From Armatimonadota bacterium (lineage in GTDB: Bacteria > Armatimonadota > Fimbriimonadia > Fimbriimonadales > GBS-DC), in contig JBBIML010000011.1 of NCBI GenBank assembly GCA_037444405.1, forward strand, positions 32,001 through 96,000: 64,000 nucleotides of DNA, in the 5' to 3' direction. The translations under genes were made by a program, and so were the position numbers. The notes beneath the pieces were generated by a model. It searched no databases, was not told the DNA's origin, and saw only the letters and a list, made by a program, of their open reading frames with translations. Of this stretch, positions 28,521-36,251 are shown one piece after another; within the stretch, counting starts at the first letter, position 1; each line of letters starts with the position of its first letter.

Positions 28521-30008
28521 GTGGAGCCGTTGCAAGCTCTGTGTGGCGAGGTACGCATCACGCGCACGCTCTGGACGCGCCTCACCGAAGCGCTTCTCGC
28601 TGACCGCTGTGTCGAGACGAAGTGCTTCATGCTGTGTCGCACGCTGGAGCTGCCAGGGCGAGCGGTGTTCCTTGTGCGCGAGCTGGTGGAGGTGCCGCCG
28701 GACGCCTACGAGGAGCGCTCCGCCAACCGCGTCATCACCCGCCCGGAGTTCGTGCATACCTTGCTGACGCGCTGCGAAGCGGAGGGCTGGTCGCTGCTGG
28801 AAGCCCACTCCCATCCGTGGACGCCCCGACCGCGCTTCTCCTCGATTGACCACCAGAGCGACTATCAGAAGTTCCGCGTCACCGAGGTGCTATCGCCCCC
28901 GTTTCGGCACGGCACGCTGGTGTTCGGCTCCGACATGGGCTTCGACGGGCACATGTGGGACTATGCGAACCAGCAGGTGGTGCCGATTGAGCGTATTCGC
29001 ATCGTGGGGCTGCCCTGCGAGACGCGCTATGCGACCGACCTCGCGCCGCCGGAGCTGGACAAAGCCCAGCGGGAGCTGTACGACCGTCAGGTACGCGCGC
29101 TCGGTGTGGAGGGTCAGGCGCTGTTGAGCCACCTGCGCGTGGCGATTGTGGGCGCGGGCGGGCTTGGCTCCCAGATTGCGCAGGCGCTCACCCTGCTCGG
29201 CGTCGGACATCTGACGCTGATCGACCCCGACCGACTGGAGCTGAGCAATCTGAACCGCATCGTGGGCGCCACCTGGTATCGCGCGATTCGGCGATGGCGC
29301 AAGGTGAAAGCGCTCGCGCTCTGGTTCAACCGCGCTCGCAGCCCCGAATGGCGCACCATCACGCCCCTGCCCGCCGATGCGCGCTCGCCTGAACTGCTGA
29401 CCACCCTGCTCGAAAGCGATATGCTGATCGGCGCGGTGGACAGCGCGACCGTGCGCCAGTATCTGAACCTGCTGGCGGTGTGCGCATTAATCCCCTATCT
29501 GGACGCGGGTGTCGGTATACGCGCGGAGGCGGGACGCATCGCGCAGGGCGGCGGACAGGTGCAGCTCATCCTGCCGGGCGAGACCGCCTGCCTCAGCTGT
29601 GTCGGGCATCTGGTGCGCCAGAGCGTGGAAGAACAGCTCACCCCTGAACAGCGTGCCATGTCGATCCAGCATGGCTACATTCAGGGCGAGCGGATACCCA
29701 ACCCGCAGGTGGTGTTCCTGAACGGCGTCGTGGCAAACCTGCTGGTGTGGGAGTTCGTGAAGCTGACCACGGGTTGCCTGCCCGCGCAGCCGTATGTCTA
29801 TTACGACCTGGTGGCACAGCAGGCGTTCCCTGCCGAAGCCGAACGCAATCCGAACTGCTTCCTCTGTTCCTATGAGGCAGGTAGCCTGCTGGCAACCGGG
29901 CTGGACGGCATCAATGGCTACCTGAAGCCGCCCCGCCAGAAGGCGCCGCCCGTGCCACGATCCCGAAGCGAATCTCCATCCCCTGACACGGAGGAGAGAC
30001 CCGCATGA
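28521..30008 (+). CDS. JAB/JAMM peptidase - ThiF/E1 adenylyltransferase fusion
   Basis: JAMM E...HSHP-x7-S-x2-D; E1 YDRQ, VGAGGLGS, IDPDRLELSNLNR, AVDS, CLSC and CFLC. Confidence 0.9.
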   Translation: MEPLQALCGEVRITRTLWTRLTEALLADRCVETKCFMLCRTLELPGRAVFLVRELVEVPPDAYEERSANRVITRPEFVHTLLTRCEAEGWSLLEAHSHPWTPRPRFSSIDHQSDYQKFRVTEVLSPPFRHGTLVFGSDMGFDGHMWDYANQQVVPIERIRIVGLPCETRYATDLAPPELDKAQRELYDRQVRALGVEGQALLSHLRVAIVGAGGLGSQIAQALTLLGVGHLTLIDPDRLELSNLNRIVGATWYRAIRRWRKVKALALWFNRARSPEWRTITPLPADARSPELLTTLLESDMLIGAVDSATVRQYLNLLAVCALIPYLDAGVGIRAEAGRIAQGGGQVQLILPGETACLSCVGHLVRQSVEEQLTPEQRAMSIQHGYIQGERIPNPQVVFLNGVVANLLVWEFVKLTTGCLPAQPYVYYDLVAQQAFPAEAERNPNCFLCSYEAGSLLATGLDGINGYLKPPRQKAPPVPRSRSESPSPDTEERPA

Positions 30009-30421
30009 AGCCAATCCCGGAAAATCGTCGTTGGGTCGAGCAGGGCAAACCGAATCAGTCGCCTCAGCGCATATCGAACGAGTCGATTATAGAGATCGAT
30101 CTTCTTGCTGATGAACTGCTCGCCCTGTTGACGGAGCAACAGGGGCAGGTGCTGGAAGCGGGTGCGCCACTGCTCTTTGCTCGCTATGAGGGCACATGTC
30201 CTGCCTGTCTGCAACCGATTCAACGGGGCGCGCTGATCACGCGCCACGCTCGAAGCGGACGCTGGGTGCATGTGGACTGCCTGAACGCTCCCGTTCAGCA
30301 CAGCATTCTTGCCCGCTATGAAGGCTTCTGCCGCATCTGCCGCCAGACGATCGCCGTCGGCGAACCCATCACCCGCGACACCAACCGCGGCTGGGTTCAC
30401 CTGCGCTGTGTGCAGGGTTGA
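30005..30421 (+). CDS. tandem C-x2-C-x19/20-H-x2-C zinc-finger protein
   Basis: Two repeats ARYEGTCPAC...WVHVDC and ARYEGFCRIC...WVHLRC; ATGA overlap with JAB-E1. Confidence 0.7.
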   Translation: MKPIPENRRWVEQGKPNQSPQRISNESIIEIDLLADELLALLTEQQGQVLEAGAPLLFARYEGTCPACLQPIQRGALITRHARSGRWVHVDCLNAPVQHSILARYEGFCRICRQTIAVGEPITRDTNRGWVHLRCVQG

Positions 30422-30454
30422 TTCCCGCATCACGGGTAAGGTATCCTGCTCTCT

Positions 30455-32041
30455 ATGCAAACTGTTCGGCGTTGCGACCTCCTGCTGCGAGGCGGCACTC
30501 TGTACGACGGCACAGGCGCACCCGCTCAGCGTGGGGATATTGCCATTCGGGACGACCGAATCGTCGCGATGGGCGCGCTGGACGACTGGGAGGCGGGCAT
30601 GGTGGTGGATGTGGCGGGGCTATGCGTGGCGCCCGCCTTCATCGACATCCACACACATTCCGACTTCTCCCTGCCACACCATCCCGAACAGCTGAGCGTG
30701 CTGTATCAGGGCGTGGGCACGCAGGTGGTCGGCAACTGCGGGCTGGGCGTCGCTCAAACCGACACCACCCCCATCTTCCAGCAGGAGCAGCGCTGGCTCA
30801 AGCCTTATGGCGCGGAGATCAACTGGAACAGTTTCGCCGAGCATCTGCGCCAGCTGGAGGAGCGCGGCGTCGGCACCAATGTGATTTTCCTCTGTGCGCA
30901 TGGCACACTGCGCAAGAAAGTGATGGGCTTCGATCAGCGTCGTCCCATGCCCGCCGAACTCGAAGCGATGAAGCGTGAGGTGGCGACCTGCATGGAGGCG
31001 GGCGCGTGGGGACTCTCCACCGGGCTGGAGTATGTGCCCGGCTGCTACGCCGACACGCAGGAGCTGATTGAGCTGGCGACGGTCGCGGCGCAGTACGGTG
31101 GATTCTACGCCACCCATCTGCGCAGCGAGGGCGACCACCTGATTGAGAGCGTGGCGGAAGCCATCGAGATTGCCGAACGCGCCGAACTGCCCCTGCAGCT
31201 ATCGCACCACAAAGCCGAAGGACGCGCCAACTGGGGCAAGGTCAAGCAAACGCTACAGATGGTCTCCGATTCAGTCAAGCAGGGGCTGGATGTGATGCTC
31301 GATGTCTACCCCTACACGGCGTACCAGACCTCGATGGGTGTCGCCTGCCTGCCGAGCTGGGTGCTGAACGGCGAGCCGCAGGCAGTGTATGAGCGCCTGC
31401 GCGACCCTGCAACCCGCGAACGCATCGTGCAGGAGATGCGCGAGCGGCACGACGACTGGAACAGCATCGTGATTGGCTCCGTCGCGGGTAATCGGTCTCT
31501 GCAGGGGCTGACCGTTGCGGAAGCCGCCGCCGCTGTTAGTCAATCACCTGAAGAGTTCGTGATTGACCTGCTGCTGGAGCATGGTCTCTATGTGGGCGTC
31601 GCCTGCTTCCATCTGAGCGAGGATGACCTGCGCATGGTGCTGCGCTATCCGCTCACAATGATTGGCTCCGATGGCGTCGGCTACGACCCGCAAAAGATGA
31701 GCGCGGAACGCCCCCACCCGCGCAGTTATGGCACTTTCCCGCGCGTGATCCGACGCTATGTGCGCGAAGAGGGGCTGCTGACGCTGGAGGAAGCCATCTT
31801 CAAGATGACGGGGCTGCCCGCTGCCCGACTGGGACTCACGGATCGCGGCACCCTGCATGCAGGCGCGTATGCCGATATTGTGGTGTTCGATGATGCCCGA
31901 ATCGCCGACCGCGCCACCTTCCGTGAGCCGCACCAGCTGTCCGAAGGCGTGGTCCATCTCATCCTCAACGGGCGCTGGGTGCTGAGCGACGGGCAGTTCA
32001 CCGGCAACCGCGCCGGCAGAATCCTGCGCAAGGGTCACTGA
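30455..32041 (+). CDS. N-acyl-D-amino-acid deacylase (amidohydrolase)
   Basis: PAFIDIHTHSD, VGNCG, GLSTGLEY, HLRSE, IGSDG, HPRSYGTFPR. Confidence 0.92.
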   Translation: MQTVRRCDLLLRGGTLYDGTGAPAQRGDIAIRDDRIVAMGALDDWEAGMVVDVAGLCVAPAFIDIHTHSDFSLPHHPEQLSVLYQGVGTQVVGNCGLGVAQTDTTPIFQQEQRWLKPYGAEINWNSFAEHLRQLEERGVGTNVIFLCAHGTLRKKVMGFDQRRPMPAELEAMKREVATCMEAGAWGLSTGLEYVPGCYADTQELIELATVAAQYGGFYATHLRSEGDHLIESVAEAIEIAERAELPLQLSHHKAEGRANWGKVKQTLQMVSDSVKQGLDVMLDVYPYTAYQTSMGVACLPSWVLNGEPQAVYERLRDPATRERIVQEMRERHDDWNSIVIGSVAGNRSLQGLTVAEAAAAVSQSPEEFVIDLLLEHGLYVGVACFHLSEDDLRMVLRYPLTMIGSDGVGYDPQKMSAERPHPRSYGTFPRVIRRYVREEGLLTLEEAIFKMTGLPAARLGLTDRGTLHAGAYADIVVFDDARIADRATFREPHQLSEGVVHLILNGRWVLSDGQFTGNRAGRILRKGH

Positions 32042-32059
32042 GGTTTGATACCAATCGGG

Positions 32060-32137
32060 CAGTCCGCGTATCACGGGCTTGCCGTGACAGATGTTCGGGT
32101 CACGCGTGATTCGGCTCAACGGCTCGTTTGCTTCCAT
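32060..32137 (-). pseudogene. truncated DUF433-family antitoxin
   Basis: MEANEPLSRITRDPNICHGKPVIRGL is the DUF433 N-terminal signature; similarity stops after about 26 aa. Confidence 0.6.
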
Positions 32138-32185
32138 CAGGTATCTCCCGCTATCTTTGCGCCAGTTGCTGTCTGGTGAGGAGTT

Positions 32186-33157
32186 TCACTCGCTTTGAGG
32201 CGGTTCGGGCGCGCGCTCGCGGCTGGGTTCGGGTGCCAGGCGCTCGATGCGTACCTGCACCTGCACCTCGCGCGCGCCAATAATCTCGACCCCGCGCGGC
32301 ACCTGCAGCGGCACTTTGAGCGTGGCGTCCTGCGTCAGGTTGCGAAGCGAGATGGGCGCGGTCTCGATCACATTAATCTCCTTCAGGCGACCGGGGCTGC
32401 CCCGCACCTGCACCGCGACTGGCTCCACCGCGAACCATGCCACCCGATAGGGGAACTGGGGCAGCTCGCCCAGTCGCGGGCTGACCGGCACCGTCTTGAC
32501 CGTCGGCTGCGGGATCAAGCGTAGTTTAAGGCGCACGCTCGCCGGGTTCAACTGCACGCTCAACACGGGGTTGCCCGCGCTATCTAATGCCATCGGGGTG
32601 ATGTCCACTTCGATATCACCCTGCAAGCCTGTCAGGTCAAAGGGCACCAGCACCTGCTGGATGCGGCGCACTTCGCTCACCGTGCCGCTCACCCGAATGC
32701 TGCCAGGCTCCGTAAAAGCCTCTGCCAGCACCTCGCGCACTTCGGGCGTGCCCGTGAGGCGCACGCGCACAGGCAGCTGGCGCGTCAGGCGCGGCTCGAT
32801 CATCACCCGCACGCGCTGTCGCTCCGCCTGCAAGCTCAACTCACCGTTCCAGCCCGGCGGGTACTGCAGGGTGATGGGCAGCCAGTTCTCGCCCGGCTTC
32901 GCCATGCGCAGATCGACGGCGGCGCGAATGCGATCCGCGCTGGTTGCCTCCACCACCTCCTTGACCCCACGCAGCGTGACGCGCACGCGCGGGCTACCCT
33001 CCAGCCGCACCTCGTATCCAGCGGGCGCGTTCAGCAACTCAATCGGCACTTCGTAGGCGCGCTCCACCATCGGGTGCAGCTGCGACTGCACATACAGCAC
33101 CAGCACGATCGCGATAATCAGCGAGCCAATCTTCTCGATAAGGTTCTGTCGTAGCAT
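32186..33157 (-). CDS. cdaR: CdaR/YbbR regulator of diadenylate cyclase
   Basis: N-terminal TM, three YbbR-like repeats, directly downstream of cdaA. Confidence 0.85.
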   Translation of the reverse strand: MLRQNLIEKIGSLIIAIVLVLYVQSQLHPMVERAYEVPIELLNAPAGYEVRLEGSPRVRVTLRGVKEVVEATSADRIRAAVDLRMAKPGENWLPITLQYPPGWNGELSLQAERQRVRVMIEPRLTRQLPVRVRLTGTPEVREVLAEAFTEPGSIRVSGTVSEVRRIQQVLVPFDLTGLQGDIEVDITPMALDSAGNPVLSVQLNPASVRLKLRLIPQPTVKTVPVSPRLGELPQFPYRVAWFAVEPVAVQVRGSPGRLKEINVIETAPISLRNLTQDATLKVPLQVPRGVEIIGAREVQVQVRIERLAPEPSRERAPEPPQSE

Positions 33158-33169
33158 CGCGGTTCTCCG

Positions 33170-34123
33170 TCAGCCTTTTCTGACCTGCTGTCCACTTCCC
33201 TCACTTGCCGCGTGGGAGAGGGGCTGGGGGTGAGGGTTATCCTTCTCGCCCGCAGGCTCGGATGAGGAGTTCACCGTGCGCTGTGGCGCGCGCATGCGGG
33301 TGGAGAAGGCGTGCCCCACGCGCCGCAACAGGCGCGGGCGCGTCTCACCAATCAACAGATCGATCAGCAGGCGGCGCAGATGCTCACCGTCCACATTCTG
33401 CGTCCACGCGCCGTCCACCGCCACCGTGATCTGACCCGTCTCCTCCGATACGATAATCGCGATGCAGTCGGCGTTCTCGGTCGCGCCGATGCCCGCGCGA
33501 TGGCGCGTGTGCAGCGTGTCGGGGATAGCAGGGTTCTCACTGATCTCGCTGAAGTAGACGGCAGCCTCCACAATCTGGTTGCCTCGCAAAATCACGGCGC
33601 CATCGTGCAGGGGCGAACCCGGATAGAAAATCGTGCGCAACAGCGGCGCGCTCACCTCCGCCTGAACCTCGATGCCGCGCCCCTCCGCCACCGTGTCCTG
33701 ACGCTCCCAGACAATCAACGCGCCGATGCGGTCACGCGCCATCTGTTGCACGGCGGTGACCACCTGATCGATGGCGCGGCGCAGCGGCTCCCCTTCACTG
33801 CCGCCAAAGCTGGCACGCCAGAACTCCACGCGCCCAATCGTCTCCAGCCCCCGCCGCAACTCCGGGAAAAACAGGATGACCAGCGCCACTGGCCCCAGTG
33901 TGGTGGCGCGATCGAGCAACCAGTGAATCGTCTCCAGGCGCATCAGGTCGCTCAAGTAGAGCGCCAGCGAGAAGATGAGCAGCCCGATCAGCACCTGGTA
34001 GGCGCGCGTGCCTTTCGCCAGCAACAGCAGCCGATAAATCAAATATGCCACCAGCAGCGTGTCGAGAGCCAGCAGCAGCCAGCGTGAAGAGAGATGCTCG
34101 ATAAACCTCAGCCAGTCGCTCAA
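33170..34123 (-). CDS. cdaA: membrane diadenylate cyclase
   Basis: Three TM helices, FPELRRGLE, PLHDGAV, TRHRAG, VSEETG. Confidence 0.93.
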   Translation of the reverse strand: MSDWLRFIEHLSSRWLLLALDTLLVAYLIYRLLLLAKGTRAYQVLIGLLIFSLALYLSDLMRLETIHWLLDRATTLGPVALVILFFPELRRGLETIGRVEFWRASFGGSEGEPLRRAIDQVVTAVQQMARDRIGALIVWERQDTVAEGRGIEVQAEVSAPLLRTIFYPGSPLHDGAVILRGNQIVEAAVYFSEISENPAIPDTLHTRHRAGIGATENADCIAIIVSEETGQITVAVDGAWTQNVDGEHLRRLLIDLLIGETRPRLLRRVGHAFSTRMRAPQRTVNSSSEPAGEKDNPHPQPLSHAASEGSGQQVRKG

Positions 34124-34175
34124 TCCACCACCTCACCCTATATTATAACCGACGGCGAAGCGGTATAATAAGAGT

Positions 34176-34518
<343 letters not shown>

Positions 34519-34520
34519 CC

Positions 34521-34552
34521 TTGACTCGACACTCGACTGCAGAGTGTATCCT
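34521..34552 (+). promoter_or_regulatory. MerR/ZntR-type promoter with 20-bp spacer and dyad
   Basis: TTGACT-N20-TATCCT with ACACTC...GAGTGT inverted repeat. Confidence 0.8.
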
Positions 34553-34562
34553 GAATCGCACG

Positions 34563-35216
34563 ATGGCACGGCTCTGGCAGATTGGGGAGATGGCGAAACG
34601 GGCGGGTGTGAAGGTCTCCACCCTGCGCTATTATGACGCCTGTGGACTGCTTCCGCCCGCTTATCGCGCCGAATCGGGCTACCGCCTCTACGCCCCACAG
34701 CAGCTGGAGCGGCTCCAGTTCATTCTGGAGGCGAAACGGCTGGGGCTGAACCTGCGCCAGATTCGGCAGATTCTGACACTCAGCGACGCGGGCGAGCAAC
34801 CGTGCGAGCGAGTTGCGCTCCTGCTCCAGCGCATGGTGGCGCGACTCGACGAGCGGATCGCCCAGCTACGGGCGCGGCGCGACGCCCTGCTGTACGCCCT
34901 GTCGCACGCCCAGCGCACTGGTTCGCCATTCCCCTGCGCGTTGCTGACCACTGCCATCGACTATCAACGGAGGTGTTCCGAAATGGCGCGTACCATCGAA
35001 GTGTTCACAGCGGGCTGCCCCCTGTGTGATGAGGCGGTGCAGCGGGTGCGGAACGCGGTCGCTCACTGCGGCTGCACGGTCATCACCCGCGCGCCCGACA
35101 GCCCCGAAGCACAACAGTATGGCATTCGGGCAGTGCCCGCGATTGTTGTAGACGGGCAACTGGTCTTCACAGGGCTGCCCACGCAGGAGCAGGCGAACGC
35201 CTTGCTCAGTCGCTAA
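34563..35216 (+). CDS. MerR-family metal-responsive regulator fused to thioredoxin/glutaredoxin-like domain
   Basis: IGEMAKRAGV..STLRYYD..GLL..R.ESGYRLY; Cys in QPC and FPC; C-terminal TAGCPLC...YGIRAVPAIVVDG. Confidence 0.85.
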   Translation: MARLWQIGEMAKRAGVKVSTLRYYDACGLLPPAYRAESGYRLYAPQQLERLQFILEAKRLGLNLRQIRQILTLSDAGEQPCERVALLLQRMVARLDERIAQLRARRDALLYALSHAQRTGSPFPCALLTTAIDYQRRCSEMARTIEVFTAGCPLCDEAVQRVRNAVAHCGCTVITRAPDSPEAQQYGIRAVPAIVVDGQLVFTGLPTQEQANALLSR

Positions 35217-35360
35217 CATGCTGGGGGCAGAGGGGAGATACCCTCTGCCCACTGCACAGGTAGGGAGATGCAACCGCCTATTAGGGGCGGGAATCCACAC
35301 TGCGATGTGGTATAATGGAAATCGGGCGGCAAGCGTTGCCAGCCCCAGAAAAGGGGGTCG

Positions 35361-36248
35361 ATGACGATGATGAGACGAGCGCTTTTGCTGATTGGCGCGC
35401 TGCTTGCGGGCAGCGCAACGGCGCAGTGCCTGCTGACCGACTTCGAGGGCTACACGGTTGGCTCCAACGGCATCGTGATGTTTCGCCAGCCCAGCTTCTC
35501 CGGCTCCACGGCAGGTTTCCTTGCCTACACCGGTTCCTGCAGTCTCGGACCCAACTGCTCCATCATCTCCGACGAGCAGAACCATACGGCGAACGGTTCC
35601 CAGTCACTGAAGGTGGTGTGGCAGTTCACTGGGACGGCATCGAACGCCTGGCTGAGGCTGACCACCTTCAACACCTTGAACCTGCCCAACCCCACCATCG
35701 ATTTCAGCCACAAGCTGGTGGTGTGGGTCTATGTGCCGAGTGGCACGCCCGACTTCTATCTGACGCTGGGCGTGCGCGAGACTGGCAGCACCGCTGGTTG
35801 TGGCGGGAACGGAGGTACCTCGGGCGGCATCGAATGGGTTGGCGCCACCTCCGGGTATCCACCCGTCGGCAAGCTGATCGACCAGAAAGACCAGTGGGTG
35901 CGGGTGGAGTTCGACATCCCGAATGAGCCGCTGGTCGCCTTCGCAGGGAGCACTGCCAACGGCATCCTGGACACCACAACAGGCACGCTGGAGCATCTGG
36001 CGTTCACACCTGTGGACCCGTTTCTAACCGACATCTACACGGTCTATCTGGACGACATCGAGACGATAGCGGCGGGTATTCCGGGTGATGTGAACGGCGA
36101 CGGCTGCGTGGACGACGCGGACCTGCTGGCGGTGCTGTTCGCCTTCGGGCAGTCGGGCAGTGGCTTGCCTGAGGATGTGAACGGCGACGGCGTGGTGGAC
36201 GACGCCGACCTGCTCACAGTGCTGTTCAACTTCGGGCAGGGCTGCTGA
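35361..36248 (+). CDS. secreted protein with C-terminal dockerin-like duplicated EF-hand domain
   Basis: Signal peptide; beta-sandwich body; GDVNGDGCVDDADLL...EDVNGDGVVDDADLL..LFNFGQGC. Confidence 0.8.
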   Translation: MTMMRRALLLIGALLAGSATAQCLLTDFEGYTVGSNGIVMFRQPSFSGSTAGFLAYTGSCSLGPNCSIISDEQNHTANGSQSLKVVWQFTGTASNAWLRLTTFNTLNLPNPTIDFSHKLVVWVYVPSGTPDFYLTLGVRETGSTAGCGGNGGTSGGIEWVGATSGYPPVGKLIDQKDQWVRVEFDIPNEPLVAFAGSTANGILDTTTGTLEHLAFTPVDPFLTDIYTVYLDDIETIAAGIPGDVNGDGCVDDADLLAVLFAFGQSGSGLPEDVNGDGVVDDADLLTVLFNFGQGC

Positions 36249-36251
36249 ATC

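Noticed and set aside
28521..30008. Housekeeping ThiF/MoeB for thiamine or molybdopterin synthesis, or a CBASS Cap2/Cap3
   Set aside because: No ThiS/MoaD, thi or moa genes adjacent and no cyclase or effector; linked to a stand-alone E2
35361..36248. Cellulosome component
   Set aside because: No cohesin, scaffoldin or glycoside hydrolase domain linked to the dockerin-like tail in this window
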